Positions 24,362 to 36,806 of a stretch of DNA of 64,000 nt are shown piece by piece. This stretch comes from Squalus acanthias. Lineage: Eukaryota. Position numbers and translations under genes: made by a program. The DNA lies in assembly GCA_030390025.1 (NCBI GenBank), contig CM059432.1, positions 9,920,001 through 9,984,000 on the forward strand, given 5' to 3'. The notes below the pieces were generated by a model. The model made no database searches and had not been told where the DNA came from. It worked only from the letters and a program-made list of their open reading frames with translations. How positions within the stretch are numbered: the stretch's first letter is position 1; every line of letters begins with the position of its first letter.

Positions 24362-24740
24362 GACAGACTTGTATTTATACGGCGCCTTTCAGAACCTCAG
24401 GACATCCCAGAGCACTTTACAGCCAATGAAGTACCTTTTGAAGTGGAGTCACTGTTGTAATGTAGGAAACGTAGCAGCCAATTTGCACACAGCAAGCTCC
24501 CACAAACAGCAATGTGATCATGACCAGATAATCTGTTTTAGATATGTTGATTGAGGGATAAATATTGGCCAGGACACCAGGAATAACATTCCCCTGCTCT
24601 TCTTCGAAATAGTGCCGTGGGATCTTTTACGTCCACCTGAGGGGGCAGACGGGGCCTCGGTTTAACGTCTCATCCGAAAGACGGCACCACCGACAGTGCG
24701 GCACTCCCTCAGCATTGCTACCCACTGAGCCACGGCCGAC
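24362..24740 (-). mobile_element. SacSINE1-like SINE, internally deleted
   Basis: Head, central domain and tail match the other copies. Confidence 0.85.
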
Positions 24741-25411
24741 CCCATTAGTGAACCAAATTTAACTTCATAGCAATATTGTTACATAAATTAACCCCAAAAT
24801 TCCTTCCTGGCCAGAGTGGTAAAAAATGTTTTTAGTGCGACAGATGTTATGACAGCTTCTCAAACCTTCACTCTAACCGTTGGGTGCTCTCCACTACTAA
24901 AAGATCCACTGTTCTCTGTCATATCCCCTGCAATAGCACTTCCCAAAGAAGCATCTCGGAGTGGTGACGTTCTGCTTCGGTGCGGTGCTTCGACCATCTC
25001 ACGAGTTTGGAAGCATTTCCCCCTCAAAGGCCGCGCTGGCACCGTACAGTCCACCCCGACCCCCTGCTGACTCCCAGTGTGCCACGCACTCTGTGCTGGG
25101 AGGTCCGATAGCCTATTTAAACGAGCTGATGTTGTGTTACAATGCAAGGCGAGCTCACTGCGTTGCAGGCACAGGCAATGCTCAAGGAGCAGTAGACCCC
25201 CCCCCCCCCATGACTCTGGCCTTGCGTACACAGCCTCCAAACTCACAGGATTTCATTAGGCACAAGCACAGAGGTAGTGGAAAGGGCTCTAAGAATGGCA
25301 AAGAACATTCCAGGTTTTAGATGACGGCACTAATGAAGAAATCTAAATTTATTTCCATTGAAAAACGTATTAAGGGGAGACATTATCCAGTCTTTTCAAA
25401 AATAATTAGAT

Positions 25412-26160
25412 GGAATTTACAACATAGAAACAGGTGTTTACGCTCCACACGAGCCTCCTCCCGAATTCATCTCACCCTCTCAACATAACCTTCCATTCCT
25501 TTCTCCCTCATGCACTTCTCTAGCTCCCTTAAATGTGTCTGTACTGTTCACCTCAACCACTCCCTGTGGGAGCGAGTTTCACCTCAACCACTCCCTGTGG
25601 GAGCGAGTTTCACCTCAACCACTCCCTGTGGGAGCGAGTTTCACCTTCTCACCGCTCCCTGTGGGAGCGAGTTTCACCTTCTCACCACTCCCTGTGGGAG
25701 CGAGTTTCACCTTCTCACCACTCCCTGTGGGAGCGAGTTTCACCTTCTCACCACTCCCTGTGGGAGCGAGTTTCACCTTCTCACCACTCCCTGTGGGAGC
25801 GAGTTTCACCTTCTCACCACTCCCTGTGGGAGCGAGTTCCACATTCTCACCACTCCCTGTGGGAGCGAGTTCCACATTCTCACCACTCCCTGTGGGAGCG
25901 AGTTCCACATTCTCACCACTCCCTGTGGGAGCGAGTTTCACCTTCTCACCACTCCCTGTCTAAAGAAGTTTCTCCTGAATTCCCTGTTGGATTTATTAGT
26001 TAGAATCTTATATTTATGGCCCCTAGTTTTGGTCTCCCCCACAAGTAGAAACATCTTCTCTACGTCTACCCTATCGAACCCTTTCATAATTTTAAAGACC
26101 TCGATCAGGTCGCCTCTCAGTCTTCTCTCTCTTCCAGAGAAAAGAGGCCCCGGCCTGTTT
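25412..26160 (-). mobile_element. CR1 3' fragment containing an expanded minisatellite
   Basis: Collinear with the CR1 copy at 33550-34230 outside the array. Confidence 0.8.
25551..25959. repeat. Minisatellite, about 12.5 units of 31-33 bp
   Basis: Unit CCTTCTCACCACTCCCTGTGGGAGCGAGTTTCA; three 31-bp units, nine 33-bp units and a partial. Confidence 0.95.
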
Positions 26161-26561
26161 ATCTCAGAAGGGAATCATCAAGAGTGGAGGCGGAGAGTAA
26201 TTTTGTGTCGGATTAGCATAGGAAAACCAGCAGCAATGATTATATAAGTGCATAAACTTACAAGCTAAACTGAACCTTACGGATGAATTCGTCCTGCTTT
26301 GTATTAACTTAGGAAAGCACTGCCCTGCTTTGGGTGAAATTTCTCCAGTTGATAATTTCAGGGAAAAAAACGTTGGTATGAGTAGAGAATGGGAAACATT
26401 TGAAGCTTATTTGGAGCAGTTCCTGATTGACCAAGGAGCCTTATGTTTGGGTTAGGAGCAAGGTGAAACGTAGATAGATTGGGTCCAGAGACAATCTGAA
26501 TGATTGAGCTGGATTGGTTGTGGTTTTTTTTTTTAATCCATTAGTCTTCAGCAGCCATAAA

Positions 26562-27252
26562 AACAACATGTATTTATACAATGCCTTCAGCATAGTAAAA
26601 CGTCCCAGGGCACTTCACAGGAGCGCTATCAAACAAAATTTGACACCGAGCCACATAAGGAGCTACTAGAACAGGTGACCAAAAGTTTCATCAAGAAGGT
26701 AGGTTTCAAGGAGTGTTGTTTTAAGAATGAGAGAGAGGTAGAGAGGCGGAGAGGCTTAGGGAGGGAATTCCAGAACTTAGGGCCTTGGCAGCTGAAGGCA
26801 CGGCCACCAATGGTGGAGCGATGAAAATCGGCCAGAATTTGAGGAGCGTAGAGTTCTCGGAGGGTTTTCGAGCTGGAGGAGGTTGCAGAGATTGGAAGGG
26901 GGTGAGGTTACGGTGGGATTTGAAAACAAGGATGGGAATTTTAAAATCGAGGCAATGCCGGAGCAGGAGCCAATGTAGGTCAGTGAGCACAGGGGGGGTG
27001 ACGTGTGAACGGGACTTGGTGCGAGTTAGGATACGGGGAGCAGAGTTTTGGATGTCCTCCAGTTTACGGAGGGTGTACAAGATGGGAAGCCGGCCAGGAG
27101 TGCGTTGGAATAGTCAAAACTAGAGGTAACAATGGCATGGAGGAGGGTTCCAGTAGCAGAGGAGCTAAGGCAGGGACAGAGGTGGAGGTAGGCGGTCTTG
27201 GCGATGGAGGGGATCTGGGACCAGAAGCTCAGCTCAAGGTCGAATAGGACGC
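26562..27252 (-). mobile_element. L2 LINE 3' fragment
   Basis: TLRKLEDIQNSAPRILTRTKSRSHVTPPVLTDLHWL. Confidence 0.85.
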
Positions 27253-27736
27253 CTTGATTTCCAAAATGTACTTGCTTTTTAAGCTACAGCTTGTAAATTA
27301 TGTATCTTGCGCTGCACATGTCTACCTATGTCTATAATAATCTATTACATACTAAAAATACTAAGTGGGTCGCAACACTCCATTTCAAAATGCAATGAAA
27401 ATCCCGAAGCTGGCCTCCATGTATGGGGAAAAAAAAAACATTGTAAAAGTGTCAGAGAGATTGAGAGCACAACGAGAGAGATCAGGCTTCACAGCGGGAG
27501 ATTAGTGTCGCAGAGAAAGAGAGGTTTGAGGGACAGAAAGGTGGACAGGGAGAGCTTTAGCGGAATAAAGACAGAGAGGTGAGGACAGAAAAATAAGTTG
27601 AGTGACAGAGACAAATTAGGGGGACAAAGCGAAATTAGGAGGAAGAGAGCGTTAGATAGAGGCACAACCAGAAAGAGATTTCAGCGCAGATAAAAAAGGA
27701 ACATTTGGGGACAAAGATAGAAAGAATGCCCCGTGA

Positions 27737-28185
27737 AAGAAAGACTTGCATTTTTATATAGTGCATTTCACAACCTCAGGCCATCCCAAAGCTCTTTACA
27801 GCCAATTAAGTACTTTTTAAGTTGTAATAAAACCAACAATAAGTGACATTTAAGTAGCACCTTTAACATTGTAAAACGTCCCAAAGCACTTCACAGGATC
27901 ATAAATCAGACAAAAATTGACACCACGTTACAGAACAAGACATTAGAACGGGTTCTTATTAGAACACATAGCGAGACAAAGAGGTAGATTTTACATTCAC
28001 CTGAAAGGGTAGACGGGGGGTTCGGTTGAATGTTTCATCCAAAAGACAGCACCTCCAACAGTACGGCATTCCCTCAGTCCTGCACTGGAACGTCAGCCGA
28101 GATTAGGCACTCAAGTCCTGGCGTGGGGTTTGAACCCACCACCTTTTGACTTAAGAGGTGAAAGAGCTGCCTCTGAGCCAAGGCC
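27737..28185 (-). mobile_element. Degenerate SINE and L2-tail fragments
   Basis: SINE tail near 27740, L2 tail near 27850, SINE head near 28000-28185. Confidence 0.65.
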
Positions 28186-28863
28186 GGCACCTAAACGGCA
28201 AACAGATCAAGAGGCAGAGGGAAATATTGGGGCACAGACAGAAAAGCTGCAGGGACACACTGACAAACGGTCTAGGAGGAGAGCACAATCAGGAGACAGA
28301 GGTAGAGCAAGCACAGGGACACCCAGAAGATATGGAGAGAGACACATCGGGGTATCATGAAGAAATAAATCGGGCCACAAGGATGCAGGCACTGAGACGA
28401 AGATTAAGTCATTGAAAAAAATACAAAACGTGAGAGACACAGTGATGACGAGAAAGATGTAGAGATCAGGGAGACTCACACATCACAGAGAAAATAGTCG
28501 GGGTCGTTTTCTGCAGGATATTCCTAATCATCCGCAGTAGCTTTGGCAGAAGTGCCGCACAAACCCTGGAAAAACAGCTCAGACGGGACATCCATGTCTC
28601 TGCCCCCAAAATTACGGCAGATGAGCGGCAATTCAACCATAAGGGAGACACCTCTTTGAGGAAGAGTCACAGACATAGAGAGCTCGCAGCAACACCAATA
28701 CGAAAACATAAATGAGCAGAGAGCAACACCGAGAATGACTAGAATATTAAAAATCTTGCATCTGCATGCACTTCCTGTCAACTTTTTCCCATTATAAATT
28801 CCTATTCCACATTTATAATGGAAACTGTCTATGTAAACTTGTCACGCTGTAATTACACCCTCT

Positions 28864-28881
28864 CGCTACTGGTGGCGCTGT
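28864..28881 (+). promoter_or_regulatory. CTCF-like motif in unique sequence
   Basis: CGCTACTGGTGGCGCTGT resembles CCACYAGRKGGCRCT. Confidence 0.35.
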
Positions 28882-29014
28882 AGCGTTTCAGTTTTGTGTC
28901 TCCTAGCTGCTCAGTGTGTGCTGGAGATGAATTCTTTTGCTCAAACTAACTCTACTTCTCTGCTTCCCAAATTGCCATAAATTGCCCTAAAATCAGTGGG
29001 ATTGTCTTGGCTCC

Positions 29015-30255
29015 TCTCCCCTTCCTCATCTACATGCTTCCCCCTGGAGACACCATCTGCAGACAAGGGGTCAGCTTCCACAAGTATGCTGAGGCTCCAC
29101 TCTCCACCACCTCTCTCGACCTTTCCACTGACTGTCTTATCTGACTGCCTGTCTGCTATCCAGTCTTAGATGAGCTGCAATTTCCTCCAATTGAACACTG
29201 AGAAGATGATGCAGTCACCTTAAGCCATCGCCACAGATTCCACCCTTGCCACTATTTCCATGTAATCGTGGCATCCTATTCAACCCCAAGCTGAGCTTCT
29301 GACCCCATATAATCTCCATCATAAAGACCGCCTACCTCCACCTCTGTAATATCTCCTGCCACCACCCCTACCTCAGCCCATCTGCCGCTGGAACCTTCAT
29401 CCATGTGTTTGTCACCACCAGACTCGGCAATTCCAATGCTACTCTGGCAGCTCTCATATTCCCCATCCTTTGTAAACGTCTGCTGCCCACATCCTATCCT
29501 GCAGCAAGGCCCGCTCACCCAACAGGTCCTTGCTGACCGACATTGGCTCCCAGTTCCCCAAAGTCTTAAATTGAAAATTCTCATCCCCGTTTTTAAATTC
29601 CTTCATGGCCTTGCCCCAACCTATGACTTAACCTCCTCCAGCCCCACCCCACCCCCAAATCTCCTTGTTCCTCGGATTCTTCCATTTTGTGCATCCTCCC
29701 TCCCTTTGCTGCACCATTGGCAGCTGCGACTTTAGCTGTCTAGGCCCCCATACTCTGGAACTTCCTTTGAAAACCCCTCCAGCTCCGTATCCTCCTTTAA
29801 GGCCCTCGGCCGAGGTCCTCCAATTCTGGCCTCTTGAGCATCCCCGACTTTCATCGCTCCACCATTGGTGGCCGTGCCTTCAGCTGCCAGGGCGCTAAGC
29901 TCTGGAATTCCCTCCCTAAACCTCTCCGCCTCTCTAGCTCTCTCTCCTCCTTTAAGACGCTCCTTTAAACCTACCTCTTTGACCAAGCTTTTGGTCACCT
30001 GTTCTAATATCTCCTTATGTGGCTCGGTGTCAAATTTTGTTTGATAATCGCTCCTGTGAAGCGCCTTGGGACGTTTTATTATGTTAAAGGTGCTAGATAA
30101 ATGCAAGTGGTTGTTGTTAAAACCCACCTCTTTGACCAAACATCTGGTCACTCTTCTTAGTATCTCCTGCCTTGTCTTGGCGTCAGAATGCACCTCTTTA
30201 AAGTACATTGGGGCATTTTTCTACGTTAAAGGTGCTATATAAATGCAAGTTGTTG
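29015..30255 (+). mobile_element. Stacked L2 fragments (older copy plus younger 3' ends)
   Basis: HWLPVPQSLKLKILIPVFKFLHGLAP; two successive L2 tails near 30110 and 30250. Confidence 0.8.
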
Positions 30256-30593
30256 CTCTGATTGTAGCAAGTTTAGCTGTGGATAATAATATAAAATCAA
30301 ATTTTAGTGTTCACTGGCAGGGTGGATTGTCCACCCTTTATGGACCTGCTTAATTTTCAATCCATTGAAATCAAAATATCACAAGCAACACCAGCAGAAC
30401 CAGTCCAACCTCACCCTCTCAGGCGTGAAACCTGCCCCTAATATATTCGGTCGCCATATGCCCCTCACTCCCCAGCTCCAATGGTTAAAGAAAGCATTCA
30501 AGAGAGTGCTGCACGATGTTGATGAGAAACAAAATGGTGACATCAACTCAGCAGAGGTAACATCTACAGAACGTCACACTCCATAACCTATAA

Positions 30594-31165
30594 CCTCCTG
30601 ACTCCCCAAAGCCTTTCCAGCACCTAGAAGGCACAAGTAAGGAGTGTGATGGAATACTCTCCACTTGCCTGGATGAGTGCAGCTCCAACAACACTCAAGA
30701 AGCTCGACACCATCCAGGACAAAGCAGCCCACTTGATTGGCACCCCATCCACCACCTTAAACATTCAATCCCTCCACCACCGGCGTACCGTGGCTGCGGT
30801 GTGTACCATCTACAAGATGCACTGCAGCAACTCGCCAAGGCTTCTTCGACAACACCTCCCAAACCCGCGACCTCTTCCACCTAGAAGGACAAGGGCAGCA
30901 GGCGCATAGGAACACCATCACCTGCAAGTTCCCCTCCAAGACACACAACATCCTGACTTGGCAATATATCGCCGTTCCTTCATCGTCGCCGGGTCAAAAT
31001 CCTGGAACTCCCTCCCTAACAGCCCTGTGGGAGAACCTGCACCACACGGACTGCAGTGGTTCAAGAAGGCGGCTCACCACCACCTTCTCAAGGGCAGCTA
31101 GGGATGGGCAATAAATGCTGGCCTTGACAGTGACGCCCACATCCCATAAATGAATTTTAAAAAAG
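30594..31165 (+). mobile_element. Jockey/CR1-group LINE 3' end
   Basis: ORF 30646..30909 MEYSPLAWMSAAPTTLKK...; tail GCCCACATCCCATAAATGAA. Confidence 0.85.
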
Positions 31166-32039
31166 TAAACTACCCTTAGCAACTCCACTGGAAACCTACC
31201 AGTGACCAGTTCCTGTAAAGTTAAGTCACACTTTATGTGCAGTTGAGCTTGTGTAGATTTAACACTGGCAAATAAGGGCAAATTGTATAAGGTTCTTTCC
31301 TGGCATGGACCTCACTCAACAGGAACATGGATTGGAGAATCAGGAGTGGGGGGTGAGCAGTATCCCTGAATTATTGATGGTTCTGATCCAAGTAAGCCTT
31401 GCAGAGTTTACTCTTAGTGTAATTTAACGTTCTTCTTAGCATTTTTTTAATGTGAGAATTGACTTCACGTGGGACTGACGTTATTCCAAAAATATGCTGC
31501 TCAGTGCACGGATTAGATAAACAGACTGTTATATTTTACTCGCTGGCACACAATCAAACGCAAAGACTCACTAGACTCTGTGGAACGAGGGCAGCTTTCA
31601 AATACAACCAACGGAATCACCACCCAGACTGGCTTGCAAGCAAAATAACTGTCACCTTCTCCTTGACAAAGTCAAGTGGTCATGTGGCTCGCGCTGCCTG
31701 TAAGGTGGCCCTTAAGAATTGTCCGTCGAAGGCTAATTAGTCTTTGGCACACTTTTACATGGTGTGTCATTGACCATTTTCTGCAGCCCTCGCTCTCTTG
31801 GCCTGAAGATTGCACTTAGTAAATGAATTAATTCTGCAAAATGGGCATGAGGAGTTTTTCAATGACTTTGGTGCCATAAATAGCCTGATGCTGCTCTCTC
31901 CATCAGCGGTGCCATCTCAGAAACTGTACAGCACGGATTGGGATATATAAAATTTCCAAAAAAAAGTACCTTATCGCATATATCAGAAACGTGCATCAGA
32001 TTTGATTGTCACAAAAAAGCTTCCCACCTTTTATTAAAA

Positions 32040-32490
32040 AAGACTTGCATTTATATAGCGCCTTTCATGACCTCAGGATGTCCCAAAGCGCTTTACAGCC
32101 ATTGAAGTGCAGTCACTGTTGTAATGTGGGAAACGCAGCAGCCAATTTGCGCACAGCAAGCTCCCACAAACAGCAATATGATAATGACCAGATAATCTGT
32201 TTTTGTTATGTTGATTGAGGGATAAATGTTGGTCAGGACACCGGAGATAACTCCCCTGCTCTACTTCAAAATAGTGCCATGGGGTCTTTTACGTCCACCT
32301 GAGAGAGCAGACGGGGCCTCGGTTTAACATCTCATCCAAAAGACAGCACCTCCGACAGTGCAGCGCTCCCTCAGTACTGCACTGGAGTGTCAGCCTAGAT
32401 TTTTTGTGCTCAAGTCCCTGGAGTGGGACTATGAACCCACAACCTTCTGACTCAGAGGTAAGGGTGCTACCCACTGAGCCATGGCTGACA
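32040..32490 (-). mobile_element. Full-length SacSINE1-like SINE
   Basis: Head, core and tail intact; an extra tail fragment extends to about 32565. Confidence 0.9.
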
Positions 32491-33549
32491 CAAAGACTTG
32501 CATTTATATATCGCCTGTCACGATCTCAGGAAGTCCCAAAGCGCTTTACAGCCAATGAAGTACATCTAGTCCAAAATGTCCAGCATTGACAACGACACAG
32601 GTTTGACTATTGAGACCACCAATAAGACCATCAGGACCCCAAGCTTCCAATGGCGTGCCAATTTGCCTTTGTTGCTTTCACTGCTAATTATCCTCGGAAC
32701 AACATTTTGGCTTCAGAAGAATTATATCTGTCACTCTAACACGTTAAAAGAGAATTGTTTCAAAGAGACCTTTCCTGACAGTTACTTGCAAGGATGCGAC
32801 AAATATTACTTGTAATAAAATACATTTTTTCAGAATACTTATGATTAACATTGTGTTTTCCGTTCCGTTCCGCACGGTTTGTCAAATTATTTCACAAATG
32901 TGTTTTTAAAACATTGTTTTTCAGACTTTTCTTCAGCCTGAAAAGGTGAACCAGACAAGGTTAAACCTCAAAAGGACAATCAGCCAATCAGAAGCCTGAC
33001 ATTGAGCAACAGTCATGAGCTCCCTAATCAAAGTTCTCAGATTTTTCTTTATAACTTTGAACAAAACAAAAGGAAACTTATAAGACTAAATTATATTCCT
33101 GGTGTCCACAAAAGACTGTTTAATGTATTTAAAGTGTGCGTTCATATACATATAGTGCAGTTTTGAAAATATGTGATTGCTTCTTTTTTTATGTCTTTTA
33201 GCTGTACATTTGTTAAAAAGTTTTACCCAGTCCCTTGAATCCCATCCATTAAATTTTACTTAAAGGGGATGCATATCCTATTGAGGTACCCTATAAGCCA
33301 TTACCGTTGAAAAAAAAAGTAGATATAAGGGATGGGAATTGCAAGGCTATGCTGTAGCTTAAAGTCTCACTAGTGGCAAGCACAGTTTCGAGAATCAGGG
33401 CTATGGTGTTACATCACTATCTTCCAAACCATGCTCATCTTGTAAGGCTCTAAGCCAGGAATGGAACTGTCCTATACCATCATACTATGTTACTATGTCG
33501 AAGTGTGGCTTAGAGGTCAATAGCAGCAGAGATTTGTACAGATCAAATG

Positions 33550-34230
33550 TAGAATTACATAGAATTTACAGCACAGAAACAGGTCATTCGGCCCAATGGT
33601 CCATGCCGGTGTTTATGCTCCACATGAGCCTCCTCCCACCCCTCTTCATTTCACCCTATCTGCATAGCCTTCTATTCCTTTCTCCCTCATGTGCTTGTCT
33701 AGCTTCCCCTTAACTGCATCTATGCTATTCACCTCATGTGGTAGTGAGCTCCACATTCTCACCACTCTTTGGGTTCAGAAGTTTCTCCTGAATTCCCGAT
33801 TGGATTTATTGGTGACTATCTTATATTTATGACCCCTAGTTTTGGACTCCCCCACAAGTGGAAACATCTTCTCTATGTCTACCTCATCAAACCCCTTCAT
33901 AATCTTAAGGACCTCTATCAGGTCACCCCTCGGTCTTCTCTTTTCTAGAAAAAGGAGCCCCAGCCTGTACAGTCTTACCTGATAGTTATAACCTCTCAGT
34001 TCTGGTATCATCATTGTAAATCTTTTTTGCACCTTCTGCAGTGCCTCGCTATCCTTTTTGTAATATTGAGGCCAGAACTGTGTACAGTACTCTAAGCGTG
34101 ACCTAACCAAGGTTCTTTATAAATTTAACATAACTTCCCTGCTTTTCAATTCCTCTGGGGCTTTGTTTGCATTTTTTATGGCTTTCTTAACTTGCGTTGC
34201 TATTTTTAATGAGTTGTGAATTTGTACCGC
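33550..34230 (-). mobile_element. CR1 LINE 3' fragment
   Basis: ORF 33775..34110 VRSRLEYCTQFWPQYYKKD... Confidence 0.9.
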
Positions 34231-34309
34231 TAGAATAATAATGTTTCACTCCAGTGATATTGTGAATGGGGAGCGTTGCCCTCACCCCAGTAACCCCATA
34301 CAAACATCT

Positions 34310-34742
34310 GCACTCTCTTTGCCTCGGAGTCAGAAGGTTGTGGGTTCAAGTCCCACTCCAGAGACTAGAGCACAAAAATCTAGGCTGACACTCCCAGTGC
34401 AGTACTGAGGGAGTGCTGCACTGTCAGAGGATCCGTCTTTTAGAGGAGACGTTAAACCGAGGCCCCGTCTGCTCTCTCAGGTGGACGTAAAAGATTCTGC
34501 AGCAGGGGGGTTATCACTGGTATCCTGGCCAATATTGATCCCTCAATCAACATATAACAAAAACAGATTATCTGGTCATTATCACATTGCTGTGTGTGGG
34601 AGCTTGCTGTGTGCAAATTGGCCACCGCGTTTCCTACATTACAACAGTGATGACACTTAAAAGGTACTTCGTTGACTGTAAGGTGCTTTGGGACGTCCTG
34701 AGGTCGTGAAAGGCGCTATATAAATGCAAGTCTTTCTTTCCT
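34310..34742 (+). mobile_element. SacSINE1-like SINE
   Basis: B-box, core and tail. Confidence 0.85.
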
Positions 34743-34987
34743 TCAGATCTGAAAAAAAATCTCTTTAACAAGAGGCAATAAAGGGAAATTAGTTACAGCA
34801 TAGATATCTGCAGTAACATTATTTCGAATAATGAGGCAACTCAGCTAAATAGATTTGTCCTTCAGTGCTGTGAATTGCAGGGACTACAAACCTATGGCAA
34901 TACAATAGAATTAAAAATGAAAATCTCTATTTAAACTGTTTCTCTTCCTCTTCATGTGTCTAAAGGTTGAGTTCATTCATTGATTAT

Positions 34988-36677
34988 TCTTTATTCTTTC
35001 CTGGGATGTGGGCGTCGCTGGCAAGGCCAGCATTTATTGCCCATACCTAATGGCCCTTGAGAAGGTGGTGGTGAGCCGCCTTCTTGAACCACTTCAAATC
35101 GGTGTGGTGAAGGTACTCCCACAGTGCTGTTAGGGAGGGAGTTCCAGGATTTTGACCCAGCGACGATGAAGGAACGGCGATATATTTCCAAGTCTGGATG
35201 GTGTGTAACTTGATGGGGAACTTGGAGGTGGTGGTGTTCCCATGTGCCTGCTGCCCTTGTCCTTCTAGGTGGTAGAGGTCACAAGTTTGGGAGGTGCTGT
35301 CGAAAAAGCCTTGGCGAATTGCTGCAGTGCATCTTGTAGATGGTACACACTGCAGCCACGGTACGCCAGTGGTGGAGGGATTGATGTTTTAGGTGGTGGA
35401 TGGGGTACCAATCAAGTGGGCTGCTTTGTCCTGGATGATGTCAAGCTTCTTCAGTGTTGTTGGAGCTGCCCTCATCCAGGCAAGTGGAGAGCATTCCATC
35501 TCACTCCTGACTTGTGCCTTGTAGATGGTGGAAAGGCTTTGGGGAGTCAGGAGGTGAGACACTCGGCACAGAATACCCAGCCTCTGACCTGCTCTTGTTT
35601 CCACAGTATTTATGTGGCTGGTCCAGTTAAGTTTCTGGTCAATGGTGACCCCCCAGGATGTTGATGTTGGGGGATTCGGCGATGGTAATGCCGTTTAATG
35701 TCAAGGGGCGGTGATTAGATGCTCTCTTGTTGGAGATAGTCATTGCCTGGCACTTGTGTGGCATGAATGTTATTTGTCACTTATCAGCCCAAGCCTGAAT
35801 GTCGTCCAGGTCTTGCTGTATGCAGGCATGGACTGCTTCATTATCTGAGGAGTTGTGAATGGAACTGAACACTGTGCAGTCATCAACGGACATCCCCACT
35901 TCTGACCTTATGATGAAGGGAAGGTCATTGATGAAGCAGCTGAAGGTGGTTGGGCCAAGCCTCTGCCCTGAGAAATTCCTACAGCGATGTCCTGGGGCTG
36001 AGATGATTGGCCTCCAACAACCACAACCATCTTCCTTTGTGCTAGGTATGACTCCAGCCAGTGGAGAGTTTTCCCCCCGATTCCCATTGACTTCAGTTTT
36101 ACTAGGGCTCCTTGATGCCACACTTGGTCAAATGCTGCCTTGATGTCAAGGGCAGTCACTCTCACCTCACCTCTGGAATTCAGCTCTTTTGTCCATGTTT
36201 GGACCAAGGCTGTAATGAGGTTGGGAGCTGAGTGGCATTGGCGGAACCCAAACTGAGCCTCGGTGAGGAGGTTATTGGTGAGTAAGTGCCACTTGATAGC
36301 ACTGTCGATGACACCTTCCATCACTTTGTTGTTGATTGAGAGTAGACTGATGGGGCGGTAATTGGTCGGATTGGATTTGTCCTGCTTTCTGTGGACAGGA
36401 CATACCTGGGCAGTTTTCCACATTGCCGGGTAGATGCCAGTGTTGTAGCTGTATTAGAACAGCTTGGCTAGTCCTGGAGCACAAGTCTTCAGCACGACAG
36501 CCGGGATGTTGTCAGGGCCCATAGACTTTGCTGTATCCAGTGCGCTCAGCCATTTCTTGATATCACGTGGAGTGAATCGAATTGGCTGAAGACTGGCTTG
36601 TGATGGTGGGGACCTCAGGAGGAGGCCGATATGAATTATCCATTCGGCACTTCTGGCTGAAGATGGTTACAAATGCT
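34988..36677 (-). mobile_element. Jockey/CR1-group LINE, 1.7-kb 3' part with frameshifted RT
   Basis: ORF 35908..36423 NYRPISLLS...QFGFR...ALDIKAAFD...; RT broken across frames. Confidence 0.9.
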
Positions 36678-36806
36678 AAAATTGGTCATATTAATAGGCA
36701 GGGTTTGCTGATATGTCACAGCATTGAACCTTCAACTGAGTTAAGCTAAAGAAGGAAGGGAATACTTGCCAGGGAATAATTTCTTCCGACATCACGGACG
36801 TGCACC

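Noticed and set aside
25510..26247. Long repetitive ORFs and a CRISPR-like array
   Set aside because: Head-to-tail units with no unique spacers, derived from CR1; frames are open only because the 33-bp unit lacks stops
36714..36725. TGTCACA as the LTR left boundary
   Set aside because: No TSD with the right end, whereas 36807 gives an exact CACC TSD and matching inverted termini
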